Position numbers and translations under genes: made by a program. Positions 10,198-21,300 of a stretch of DNA of 64,000 bases are shown in pieces. How positions within the stretch are numbered: the stretch's first letter is position 1; each line of letters begins with the position of its first letter. The stretch is from Chthoniobacteraceae bacterium (GTDB lineage: Bacteria > Verrucomicrobiota > Verrucomicrobiia > Chthoniobacterales > Chthoniobacteraceae), in the NCBI GenBank assembly GCA_031409655.1, contig JANNXQ010000170.1, forward strand, positions 43,150 through 107,149, read 5' to 3'. The notes beneath the pieces are model-generated. The model searched no databases. It saw nothing but the letters and a program-made list of their open reading frames with translations, and had not been told where the DNA came from.

Positions 10198-11070
10198 TCA
10201 CTGGCTCTTCGTCAGCGAGCGCGCGGCGCGCCAGAGGACCGGCGGGACGAGATCCTTGCCGAGTTGCTTGAGGCGTTCACCGAGCGGCGGCGGCGGCACG
10301 TCCGCGCTGGTGCCGAGACTCTTCGTGGCGATGACGCCGGCTTCCAGATCGCGGGTAAGTTCCGGCGGGAGCTTGATCTCGCGGCCGTAAAAAACGAAGT
10401 CGCCCCGGCCCTGGACTTTCTGGGTCACGTCGTCCGGGAGGCGGATGGGATCGAGGCCGTAAAACGCAAAAAGGTTCAGCCAGAATTTTTCCGGCTGCTC
10501 GTTGCAATGATGGTAGTGGGCGTCATTGGTCGAAGGTTCCTCGAAGGAGAACCAGGCGACCCGGGCGTGATTGACGATATTGGCGACGAGCACGCCGGAG
10601 AGCGGACATTCGATGTGCTCGGCGACTTCCGTGCAGATCACCATGTCGAAGGTGCGGTTCAGATTCAGCGGCAGGCGGAGATCGTGCTGCAGCAGACGCT
10701 CCTGCGGAACGCCGCGGGCGAGGGTGCGGCGGTTGCCGGCGTGGGTGCCTTCGACGGCGAAAATGTCGATGCCCGCCTTGAGAAAGCCCTCGGTGAAAAA
10801 GCCGCTCGCGCAGCCAAGTTCGAGGATCGATTTCACCGGACGCCCCAGCACCATGCGGCCGTAATCGAGGACGTGGGTGACGTAACTCTCGACGATGTGC
10901 GGCGGCACATGGTCGGCCTCGTAGTAGGTGTCTTCGTAGAAGCCATCGAGGTCGAAGTAGCAAAAGGCGTGTTCAAATTTCGGATCGAACCACCACCGCT
11001 GGTTATCCCCGAGCCACCCGGTGTCTTTCTTGTCGTCGTAGATGGTTACTTTGCTGGTCGTCGGTTTCAC
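10198..11070 (-). CDS. Class I SAM-dependent methyltransferase (glycan O-methyltransferase-like)
   Basis: ILELGCASG, AVEG, HDLRLP, FDMVICTEVAEHI, HHCNEQPEKFW motifs; GTG start. Confidence 0.85.
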   Translation of the reverse strand: MKPTTSKVTIYDDKKDTGWLGDNQRWWFDPKFEHAFCYFDLDGFYEDTYYEADHVPPHIVESYVTHVLDYGRMVLGRPVKSILELGCASGFFTEGFLKAGIDIFAVEGTHAGNRRTLARGVPQERLLQHDLRLPLNLNRTFDMVICTEVAEHIECPLSGVLVANIVNHARVAWFSFEEPSTNDAHYHHCNEQPEKFWLNLFAFYGLDPIRLPDDVTQKVQGRGDFVFYGREIKLPPELTRDLEAGVIATKSLGTSADVPPPPLGERLKQLGKDLVPPVLWRAARSLTKSQ

Positions 11071-11127
11071 GTGAGTCGATTTGTTGTTTCCAGTTTTGGG
11101 CGGTCGGATTGAAATTTTCCCTGCTGC

Positions 11128-12399
11128 TCAGGCGGGCTGCGCAGCGCTTGCGCCAGCGGTGAGGGCATCGGGCGCACTGCCCTGGGCGGTGGTCGCAAAG
11201 GCGAAGTCGGCAAAGACCACGCCGGCAGCCGTGGCCTCGGTATTTCCCGCGGCGGGATAGGGGAGCAGCGGGAGGATTTCGAGCTGCAGCGCGTGCTCGA
11301 AGGCGTCGATGACGCCGGCGCTGCAGATGAAAATGCTCACCCGATACGTGTCCGGCCGGAGCCACGGCGTCCGCAGCGTGAACTCGCCTTCGTAGCGATC
11401 GCTCGCATCGACCCAGTGGCCGACCATGCGCGAATCGCACTGGAGCAGGATGACGCCGTAGTGATCGACGATGTGGCAGGAGAGAAAATAGCGGCCGTTG
11501 TAAGGGGCGAAACGCTCGATGGTGAACCGGATGGTCTTGTCCCCGGCGCACTCGTAAAACTCCTTCGTGGTGGTGATCGAGGTGACGCGGAGTTCGCCAC
11601 TGCCGGCGCGCTGGCGGGGGTCGCCCATTTTCGTCGCCGGACGCTCGAAGCTGCGCACGTAGTAGTCGATCGCCTGCGGCACGCCGCCGTAGCAAACGAG
11701 CCGTCCCTTTTCCAGATACATGGCCCGGGTGCACAGTACTTGAACAGATTGCATGTGATGGCTGACGAAAAGCACGGTGCGTCCGCCGTGGGCCACGTCC
11801 TTGATCTTGCCCAGGCATTTTCGCTGAAACTCGGCATCGCCCACGGCGAGCACTTCATCCACGAGCAGGATGTCCGAGCTGAGGTGCGCGGCGACGGCAA
11901 AGGCGAGCCGGACGTACATGCCGCTCGAGTAGCGCTTCACCGGGGTATCGAGGAACTGCTCGACGCCGGAGAAATCAACGATGGCGTCGAACTGGCGATC
12001 GATGTCGCGCCGCGACATGCCGATGATCGCGCCATTTAAGTACACATTCTCGCGCCCGGTCAGTTCGGGATGAAAGCCGGTGCCGACTTCGAGCAGGCTG
12101 CCGACGCTGCCGTAGAGGTCGATCTCGCCGCTGGTCGGTTCGGTGATGCGGCTGAGGATTTTCAGGAGCGTGCTTTTGCCCGCGCCATTGCGTCCGACGA
12201 CGCCGACGACGTCGCCCGCCATGATGTCGAAGGAAACATCTTTCAACGCCCAAAACGTCTCCGACTCGGTGCGCCGGAAGCCGCGTTTCGCTTTGTGGAT
12301 GAGCTGTTCGGCGAGCGTGGTCTGCTTCTCGCCCTGGTGCTGGATGGTGTAGGACTTCGAGAGGCCGCGTACACCGATGGCTACTTCACTGTTGGACAT
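11128..12399 (-). CDS. wzt: Polysaccharide ABC exporter ATP-binding subunit with C-terminal Wzt_C-like domain
   Basis: Walker A GRNGAGKST, YSSGMYVRLAF signature, LLVDEVLAVGD, VSH; ~170-aa C-terminal beta-rich extension. Confidence 0.93.
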   Translation of the reverse strand: MSNSEVAIGVRGLSKSYTIQHQGEKQTTLAEQLIHKAKRGFRRTESETFWALKDVSFDIMAGDVVGVVGRNGAGKSTLLKILSRITEPTSGEIDLYGSVGSLLEVGTGFHPELTGRENVYLNGAIIGMSRRDIDRQFDAIVDFSGVEQFLDTPVKRYSSGMYVRLAFAVAAHLSSDILLVDEVLAVGDAEFQRKCLGKIKDVAHGGRTVLFVSHHMQSVQVLCTRAMYLEKGRLVCYGGVPQAIDYYVRSFERPATKMGDPRQRAGSGELRVTSITTTKEFYECAGDKTIRFTIERFAPYNGRYFLSCHIVDHYGVILLQCDSRMVGHWVDASDRYEGEFTLRTPWLRPDTYRVSIFICSAGVIDAFEHALQLEILPLLPYPAAGNTEATAAGVVFADFAFATTAQGSAPDALTAGASAAQPA

Positions 12400-12408
12400 G
12401 AGAACGGT

Positions 12409-13305
12409 TCAGGTTCCGAAAAGGCTGCGGCCGAGGACGCGCTTCAACGCGGGCGGATATTGCCGGAAGGCGCGCACGGACTCGGCGGCGGCAGTGAAAT
12501 AGCGCCCGGCGGACCAGGCCGCGTAGGCGCGGCCTTTGAAATGCCCGTAGTAGTCTTCCTGCAAAATGTCCCGGCTTTTGGCAATTGCCGCGCGGCACTG
12601 CGCACAGCCGGGATGCAGGTTGGCGTGTTTGTCGAGCACGCGCATGGCGTTGAGGAACATCCGCGGGGCATTGCGGCCCTGCTGTTTCCCGTGCAGGCCG
12701 ACGCGGCCGAGGATTTCGTTCACGCCCACCAGGCGAAACTCGGCGGCCATGCGGATGCCGATGTCCCAGTCGTCGGTGCCGCCGAGCGAGGCGTCGAAGG
12801 GGCCGATCTGATCGAGCGCCGAGCGCCGGAAGAGCATGGTCTGGACGGGCAGGACCATGTGGCCGAGCAGGTCGTGTACGTCGAGTTCGTCGGCTGGGAA
12901 ATAAGTCGCCGTGGCCTCGCCGGAGTGGATGTGGAAGAACTCGATGGTCGCATAGACCAGCCCGATCTTCGGATCTTCGCTGAAGCGGGGAATCTGGCGC
13001 TCGAGCTTGTGCGGCAGCCAGAGATCGTCCTGATCGAGCACCGCAAAAAATTCCCCCTGCGCGTGCAGCAATCCGAGATTGCGCGCGGCCGCGGTCCCCG
13101 AGTTTTTCTGCTCGAAAAATCGGATCCGATCTCCGAACCGGCGCACGATGTCCGGGGTGCCGTCGGTCGAGCCGTCGTCCACGACGAGCAGTTCCACCGC
13201 CGGCCAGGTCTGGGCGAAGATGCTCTCGATGGTCTTGCCGATGAAGTCCGCGCCGTTGAAGGCAGGGATCACCACGCTGACCAGAGGTTTGTCGGAATCT
13301 GTCAT
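12409..13305 (-). CDS. Glycosyltransferase family 2
   Basis: VSVVIPAFNG, VVDDGSTDGT, ARNLGL, LDQDDLWLPHKLERQ; start MTDSDKP at 13305. Confidence 0.9.
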   Translation of the reverse strand: MTDSDKPLVSVVIPAFNGADFIGKTIESIFAQTWPAVELLVVDDGSTDGTPDIVRRFGDRIRFFEQKNSGTAAARNLGLLHAQGEFFAVLDQDDLWLPHKLERQIPRFSEDPKIGLVYATIEFFHIHSGEATATYFPADELDVHDLLGHMVLPVQTMLFRRSALDQIGPFDASLGGTDDWDIGIRMAAEFRLVGVNEILGRVGLHGKQQGRNAPRMFLNAMRVLDKHANLHPGCAQCRAAIAKSRDILQEDYYGHFKGRAYAAWSAGRYFTAAAESVRAFRQYPPALKRVLGRSLFGT

Positions 13306-13306
13306 T

Positions 13307-14194
13307 TTAGATGATGTCTGCAAAACGGCGCTCCATGCGTTTGAACGAGAAAAGCCCGATCGCCATGACGACCAGTGACGCGCCCGCCGCGTAGCCGAGC
13401 AAAGTCCAATCCAGCGAGCCGCGACCGAGGATCGAGAAACGCATCGCTTCGAGGAGGCTCGAGAGAGGGTTGAAATTATACCAAAAACGCAAGTGCTCCG
13501 GCACTGCCGAAACCGCATAGGCGATGGGGCTCGCGTAGAGGAGGATCTGGAGGGCGACGGGGAGGATGTAGGAGACGTCGCGATAGCTCACGGTGAGCGA
13601 AGCGGCGCAGAGGCCGATCCCGGTCGCGAAAAGCAGGAGAACCATGAGCAGCGCCGGAAGGAGAACCAGCCCCCAACCCGGCACGACACCGTAGATGATC
13701 ATGAGGACGGCCATCATCCCGGTGGCCACGCTGAAATCGATGAGGACTGATGGGATCGAAGACAACGGCAGCACCAGCCTTGGAAAGAAGACCTTCGAGA
13801 TGAGGTGGGCATTGCCCACGAGGGAGCCACTGACCTTCGCGACGGTCGCGCTGAAAAGATTCCAGCCCATGAGGCCGGCATAGGAGAAGAGAAAGTATGG
13901 CAGCCCGTCGCTGGGCATTTGCGCCACTTTCCCAAAGACAAAGGAGAAGATGCCCGCTGCCATGAGCGGCTGCAGGACCACCCAAACGACGCCGAGGGCC
14001 GTCTGCTTGTAGCGCAGGCGCAGGTCGCGGAGGGCGAGCGAGAGGAGGAGATCCCGGAACTTCCAAATCTCCGGGAGATTCAGCGGCACCCAGCCAGAGC
14101 TGGCCCGCAGGGTCATCGTGGGACGGCGCGGGTCTCCAGGCGGCGGAGGTGCCGGGGTCGCGGGTGCGGACAGGGTCGATTGCAAAGATGGCAT
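13307..14194 (-). CDS. wzm: Polysaccharide ABC exporter permease
   Basis: RDLRLRYKQTALGVVWVVLQPL, LISKVFFPR, YRDV, YASPIAY, NPLS, ERRFADII; start MPSLQ at 14194. Confidence 0.93.
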   Translation of the reverse strand: MPSLQSTLSAPATPAPPPPGDPRRPTMTLRASSGWVPLNLPEIWKFRDLLLSLALRDLRLRYKQTALGVVWVVLQPLMAAGIFSFVFGKVAQMPSDGLPYFLFSYAGLMGWNLFSATVAKVSGSLVGNAHLISKVFFPRLVLPLSSIPSVLIDFSVATGMMAVLMIIYGVVPGWGLVLLPALLMVLLLFATGIGLCAASLTVSYRDVSYILPVALQILLYASPIAYAVSAVPEHLRFWYNFNPLSSLLEAMRFSILGRGSLDWTLLGYAAGASLVVMAIGLFSFKRMERRFADII

Positions 14195-14253
14195 TTTTTG
14201 ATTCAGAGATGATTCACATCCGGACGGGCGCACGATGTCGCACCCACCAGGCG

Positions 14254-14793
14254 TCAGCCCGCGAGTTGCTCTTCTTCGCGACCCAAACGCTCGACGAGCA
14301 TCGGAAGCATGGCGCCCGCCTTTTTCCGCCAAATCTGGAGGGATTGAATGCGTTCCTCCATCAGGCCGCGATTTGAGGCTGGAAGCTCGCTGAGCAACTC
14401 CACGAGTCGGGCAAGGCGATCGTCCTGATCCGAGAGTTGCGGAACGATCCGTTCGCGGACCACGCCCGCCGCGATCGTCCGGAGGTGAGTCTCCGCCACA
14501 TAGAAGTCCCGGCGCTCTCCTGGGACGTAGGTCACCTTCACCGCTCCTACAGTGCGGAGTAGCCGCAAGCCCTGGCTTGCCGATCCGCTGCTGATCCGCA
14601 GCTTTTCCCGCACGTAGTCGGCTGAGACGGGCTGTGGTGAGGCAAAAAGGAGTCCATAAATCTCGCCGATTGACCGCGAGATGTGGAAGAGATTGGCGAG
14701 GCGGACGAAGAAATCGATGGTGTCGATTTCGATTGGGGAAAGGATCTTTCCCGGTTCGCCCGAGGGCAGCACCGAAGCTTGGGATGGGTTCAC
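14254..14793 (-). CDS. GbsR/MarR-type winged-helix transcriptional regulator
   Basis: SRSIGEIYGLLFASPQP..ADYVREKLRISSGSASQGLRLL..GAV....PGERRDFYVAE. Start uncertain (GTG 14793 chosen; ORF open to 14982). Confidence 0.82.
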   Translation of the reverse strand: MNPSQASVLPSGEPGKILSPIEIDTIDFFVRLANLFHISRSIGEIYGLLFASPQPVSADYVREKLRISSGSASQGLRLLRTVGAVKVTYVPGERRDFYVAETHLRTIAAGVVRERIVPQLSDQDDRLARLVELLSELPASNRGLMEERIQSLQIWRKKAGAMLPMLVERLGREEEQLAG

Positions 14794-15253
14794 GTCAGTG
14801 GTTGTATTTGGTTGTGGATCAATGGCTTCACTCCGTTCATTAGGGAGTGAAAACTCAGCGCAAAAAGGGGGCTCGAAGGGGCTCAGTGCCGGGCCGGCGG
14901 GCCAGAAGATGCTGCCGCACTTGGTCTTGTTCCCTCGGCGAGGGGCAGGACCATTGTTCATTTCGTGAACGGGATATTCCAACTTTCATCCGAGAGAGCG
15001 CATCTTGCGCCACGGCACGACTACCTCTTCCTTTTTTATCGAAACGCGGCCGCCAAGGCCATCTTTCAGCGACCAAATCGCACATCGGAATCGCTGAGAT
15101 ATGCCAGTAAGACTTCGTCCTACGTAATTTTGCCAATCACGCACCCGGCTTTGAACCTTTTCAGCCCGATATGTTTACGGGTCCATCAACGACTAGATCT
15201 CCCATTTGGAGGGAACTCTTGTTTTTTCAAAAGGATTTCTGAATAAATGCGAA

Positions 15254-15270
15254 GGTTTTTATCAAAAACC
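15254..15270. promoter_or_regulatory. Perfect 7-3-7 palindrome in the divergent promoter region (candidate operator)
   Basis: GGTTTTT-ATC-AAAAACC in an AT-rich intergenic tract; function inferred only. Confidence 0.35.
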
Positions 15271-15342
15271 CCGCGACTTGTGTTAAAGACCCGTGTTTAT
15301 CTTCACGTTCCCCGGCCTGCTCCACTTCCCTTCCCGAAACCT

Positions 15343-18300
15343 ATGAGACGCTCCTTCCTATTTCCCGCCTTACTCTCTGCGCTTGCGGCCCTGCACGTCC
15401 CGGCCCGTGCCGCGCTCGATATTGGGCCCGGTGGTGGTCCCGGCGACGGCGTACCGGACGTTTGGGCAGCCGTCACCGGCTACACTGGCGACGGTGCATC
15501 TTTATCCGCCGACAGCGATGGGGACGGGCAGACCAATGGAGCCGAGGCGGCTGCGGGGACGAATCCCAACGCTTCGGGAGACGTCATCGCCATCAAGAGC
15601 CTGACCCCCGCCGGGGCCAACCTGAAAATCGATTTCCCGGGAATCGGTGGAAAAAAGTATCAGATGCAAAGCTCGCCGACCCTTTCCCCTGCGAATTTTA
15701 CCAACGTGCCGCAAGCTGCGGGGACGGTAGTCGCCACCGCAGATGCAAATATCCAAGTGACCTTACCAATGGGCGCCGGGTCCAAATACTACCGGGTCGT
15801 GGTCTCGGACATCGACACCGACAGTGATGGCCTGACCGATTACGAAGAACGCAAAATCGGACTGAATCCTCTCTTGCCAGATATCATCGGCGGTTTGAGC
15901 GGTGTCGCCTACGTGAGCGGCCAACTCGCTCTCCCGGATGTGGTGACAGTTGTCGCCACGGATGCCACGGCGTCGGAGGATGGTTCTGATTTCGGAAGCT
16001 TCATGGTGGAGCGGACCCGCAACCTCTTTACCATCGATGTCCCCTACACGGTTTCAGGAACCGCTACACCTGGCGTGGATTACCAGTCTCTGGGAGGATC
16101 GGTGCATCTGATGTTGGGTGAAAACACCGCTTCATTCAACATTGTGCCAACGTCCGAGCCGACGAATGTCGTTGAAAGTGGAGAGTCCGTGACGGTCACC
16201 CTTGCAAATCCATCACTGGTCTATTCACTTGGCACGCCTAGTTCGGCAACCGTGATCATTGGCGAAACCACCGCCACGAGTGGGACTGGTCTGATGGCTC
16301 GTTACTACGACACCGCGAGCGGCAACTACAGCCGACCGGAAAACTTCGGCACCGTTTCGAGTTATACCTACACAAGGCTAACCGCGGCCACCGGGACGGC
16401 AACGATCGCCTACACCGCGACGCCCGCACTTTCTGTGGGACACCAGGTGAACGTGGCCTTTACAGCCGGCAACCTCAATAACGTGCTCTACAGCCCGCTG
16501 CTCTACACCGTGACGGGAGTTACTCCGACGAATTTCACGGTGGCGATTGCCGGCACCGCCTTGCCGACCAACCAAACTACGGCGTCGTCCTGCGTCATTA
16601 GCATCACCAGCTTCCCGCACCCGGCGGTCATCACTCAGGTGGATCCGACGGTGAATTTTGATTGGCAGCACGGGACGCCAAATGGCGTGGTGATCCTGCC
16701 AAACAATTCTCCGGACAATTACTCCGCGTCTTGGGATGCGTATCTCCAACCGACGACTGCTGGGAACTATATTTTCCAGCTTGATGCGGATGACAAAGCG
16801 CGGGTGCTGCTCGATACCGGGGCGGGTTTGGTGCAGATCCTCGAGCACGGTTGGGATGGCCCGGCCACAATTGGAACCTTTAAGCAGAGTGCGCCGATCG
16901 CCCTCTCGGTGCCGGGATCTCCATCCGCGCGCTACCACATTCGGGTGGAGCATGTGGAAACCACGGGTAATGCACGGTGCAGGCTGCAGTGGAGCGCGAA
17001 CGGTGGCACCACTTTCGCCAATATCGCGCAGGCAAATCAGTTCACTCATACCCAGGCAATAACTTATAGCTATACGCAAGCCACGGGTGATGTGGTCGTC
17101 ACTCCTACGGGCGGACATCTTTTCGTGGGTGGCGAAGTCGTCAATCTGACGATGTCATCAGGAAACCTGTTCCTCCCGATCAGCTACAGTGGACCGTACA
17201 CGATCACGGCCGTCAGCGGAACCAGCACTTTCACCGTGAATATCACCGGGACTGGCTTGCCAGCCACTGGCACAGGTTCAGGCTTTCTGGAAAACGCGGC
17301 CAGCACCACGACGGGTCTATTCAACCGCACCTATGCAAACACGGCCTTCACCAGTCCTCCGGGACGCGTTGGCGTGGACGCTGCAGTTACTACTGGGAAT
17401 AATGGCATCTGGAATACCGGAACGCCCGACGTGAATCTCATCCGGCCGGAGACCTTTTCAGTTCGGTGGACCGGTCAGGTGCAACCTCAATTCTCCGAGG
17501 AGTACACCCTCGTGGTGGGGGCCGATGATGGTTGCGCCTTGCGGATCAACGGGCAGTCGCAAATCCTTAGGACGATTCCTTCCGCGAGCACCAGTGGTAG
17601 CACCTACCTCTATGACGCCGGCTCCGGAAATGCGGTGGTCTCCTACCCGGCTTTGATCGTATCTCCTGGCAGCTTTATCGTAGGGGAGTCCGTGCGGCTT
17701 GATCCCAGCAGCGGCAGTCTTTCCCATGCCCCCGCCAGTCCGCCCACCTACCGCTTCGATGACGTTACTGGGGACGTCGTTATTAACTACGCGAACCTGA
17801 CGAACGTGACGCCGGGCGGCTTTGTCGTTGGAGAAACGATCGAACTGGACCCTACCAGCGGCAGTCTCAGCGCTCTGGGTCTCCTCCCGTATACCATTAC
17901 TGCCGCCACGGCGAACACCATCACGGTCAACTCCGGCGGGCTGGGTTTTAATCCGAGGATGAGCGTCGCGGCCATCTCCGTTGGACCTGCTTGTGAGATC
18001 ACCACTGTGCAGAATCACGGCTTGAGCGTCGGCAGCGAGCTGAGGATTTCCTCGGTCGCCACCGGGATTTTCTCACCGGATATCAACAGCCTTTATACGG
18101 TGGTCGCGGTTGTCAGTCCGACTAAGTTCACCGTGGCTTCAAACTGCACGGTCGCTCCCACTGCTGGCACCGGAGTGGTAATCGTATCGGGCAATATCGC
18201 TATCAGCGACAATCGGAATGCGGTCATCACCGCGGCCACGCCCACCACCTTCACGGTCAATATGGGCGCGAACAAGTATGCCAATGCCAGCGCGGGCAAC

Positions 18301-21300
18301 GTAAGCATTGATATTGTCAATAAGCCGCTCAAGGACTGGTCTTCGAGCGCCAACGAACGTTTCGTCCATGTTCCGATGATTGGCGGGGTGCGTTACGACA
18401 TTCAACTCGATTACTACGAGAGCACGAGTGCCGCGAAGTGCCAGCTCTCGTGGTATAGCCCCAGCCAGCCCCGGCAGATTATCCCGAGCAATCGGCTCTA
18501 CCCAACATCCACGCCTGCCTCCCCGCTCGCTCCACCAATTCTCCTCAGTCCGACTTCGGCGGTGGCCTTGGTTGGCGGTGCGTTCTCCTATGCAGTGGTC
18601 GGCAGTAATGGCGCTACGGTCACGGTCAGTGGTAACCCGGCTTGGTTGACCTACAGCGGTGGCGTCCTCAGTGGCACGCCGCCTCCTGGAACGGCTGGGC
18701 ACTACCAGATCGTGGTCACAACTACCGGACCAGCAGGGACTGGGATGTCGGTCATCGAACTCGACGTTCAGGATACCGGTGGGGTGATTGCGCGGGAATA
18801 TTGGAATGGTGTCGAGGGAACGACCATCGCGACGATCCCGACCGGTGCGGTCCCGACGGGCTCCGGGGATCTTTCACAGCTTGCTGCTCCGACCGACTTC
18901 GGAGACAACTATGGCGCGCGGATCCGCGGCTATATCACCGCGCCCGTCACGGGAAATTACTACTTCTGGATCTCCGCCAGCAACGCTGCGGAACTCTGGA
19001 TCGCCAATGATGATGAACCGATCAACACCTTCAAGCGCGCGTCGGTGACGACCGGTAACACCACTCCACAAACGTGGGTTGGTGAAGCAAATCAGAAGTC
19101 CGCCTGGCTGGCTCTGGAAGCCGGTCAAAGATATTATATCGAGATCCTCCACAAAGCCGGCTCCGGTGCTGGGGACAATCTCGCAGTCGGCTGGCTCAAA
19201 CCTGGCGAATCCGGCGCCCTCCCGAGTGAAGTGGTGCCTGGCTATGTGCTCTCGCCGTATGTCGCGCCGTCGTTGCAATCGATCCCCGGGACGCTCTACG
19301 TGGCGACCATGCTCTCGCAGAACGGTGCGGCGACCAGCGGTGTGGGCACGTCCACCCTTCGCCTGAGTGCGGACGAGACGACGGTCATCATGGGCTACAG
19401 TTACAGGGGCCTGACGGGTCCGATCACCTCGCAGCACATTCACACTGATCCCTACCTCTTAAAGCCATCGGAGATCGTCTTCGACATCGATACGCCCGAG
19501 ACGGCGGGGGATGGCTTGATCCTCACGGGTCCTGACGCTGGAAAGTATAAATGGACGATCAAAGATCGAGGAAGCCTCACCGCCCCGGAGATCCGCGAGA
19601 TCATCAAGCAGGGCAAAGCCTACATCAATTTGCATACCGCAATGTTTCCGGCAGGCGAAATACGCGGTAACTATACGTTAGCGAACGGCTCGCGCCTGTT
19701 CACCCCGCCGCCGGCGCCTCCGGCTCTCGCCGACGATCATGCGACCAACAACGGAGCCTCCCGCTTCCTCACGCAGGCGACGTTTGGGCCAAATCCTGCC
19801 GATATCGCGGCGCTGAAAGCGATGGCCAGTTACGATGCCTGGATCAATGACCAGTTCACGAGGCCAGTGAGCTACACCTTGCCCGAAGTCATCAGGACCG
19901 AAAATGCGAGCGCCCAAGGTGCCGCGTTCGATGAAACGCTGGCTTTCAATGCGTGGTGGAAGAGTGCCGTTTCTGCCCCGGACCAGCTCCGGCAGCGAAT
20001 CGCTTATGCATTAAGCCAGATCCACGTCGTATCAGCGCAGGGACCACTCGACAACCGTGCAGAAGCCTTGGCCTATTACTACGACCATCTCGTCAATCAC
20101 GCTTTCGGCAACTTCCGCGACCTCCTCCAAGCGACGACGCTCACGCCGGCCATGGGGCGTTACCTTGACATGAAGGAAAACGACAAGCCTGACCTAACGG
20201 TGGGGCGCATTCCGAACGAAAACTATGCTCGTGAGATCCTGCAGTTGTTCGACCTCGGACTTTTCCGGCTGTGGCCAGATGGCACGTTGATGCTGAATTC
20301 GAAGGACGAATTGATCCCCACCTACACCCAGCGTGAGATCGTCGGTTTTGCCCACCTCTTCACTGGCTGGGACGACGGATACGATGGAGCCTTCCGGACG
20401 ACGCTCGGTGCAGCGACCAATTACACCCGCCCGATGCGGGAGGTGCCCGCCCGCCATTTCACCGGACCGAAGCGCGTGCTGAACAATGAAGTCCTGCCCG
20501 GACTTCAGCAGTTGGGCGGTCAGCCGCTCGACCCTTACGCCACTCATAACGCGACGCAATTCAACGATCCATCCTACCAGGCACTTCCTGGGTTGGAACT
20601 CGCCGTTTCCCATCAGCAGCTTTTCGAGCACCCGAATGTTGGTCCCTTCATCTGTCGCCAGCTCATTCAGAGGATGGTGATGAGCAATCCTTCCCGCGAC
20701 TACTTGTACCGGGTCGTCCAAAAATTCAACAATAACGGCGCGGGGGTGCGCGGCGATCTGAAAGCAGTCATCAAGGCGATCCTCCTCGACTACGAAGCCC
20801 GCAGTAGCTCGGAAACAACGAAGCCGATCTATGGAAAGCAGCGGGAACCGGTGCTCCGCGTCGCCGCAGCGGGACGGGCTTTCCGGCAGGCCGCTTGGAC
20901 CGGAACCTACACGCAGAGCGCCTCACCGAGCAGCACGTCACGGACGATTACGGTCAGCACCTCGACGGCCCACAAACTAGTCACCGGTAACAATGTGTTT
21001 CTCGACTTTTCCGACACTACGGGAGACGTCGCCAAACCCGCGCCGTGGATCGGTACTTACTCGGCAACCGTCACGGGAAACAATACGTTCACGGTTCAGG
21101 CGAACGGATGGGCCACCGGAACTTATAACATCCCGGCGAATTCCACTGTGTGTACCGTAAGTATGGGCAGCCATTGGCTCGAAGCGACTGAACAGGCGTA
21201 CTTCGACTTTACCAGCGGACCCGCGGACGGCCTCGCCGGTTTCGATAACACCGTGCATCCGGCGGTCACGTCGAACGCCAGTAATACTGTTGCCGGTACG

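Noticed and set aside
8983..11112. 709-aa plus-strand ORF
   Set aside because: Antisense to the acyltransferase and methyltransferase; its LILILII/MKMKRMRM stretch is just the translated hexamer hairpin.
15094..15107. Sigma-54-like TGGCA..GC motif on the minus strand
   Set aside because: GG-to-GC spacing is 9 nt rather than the required 10.
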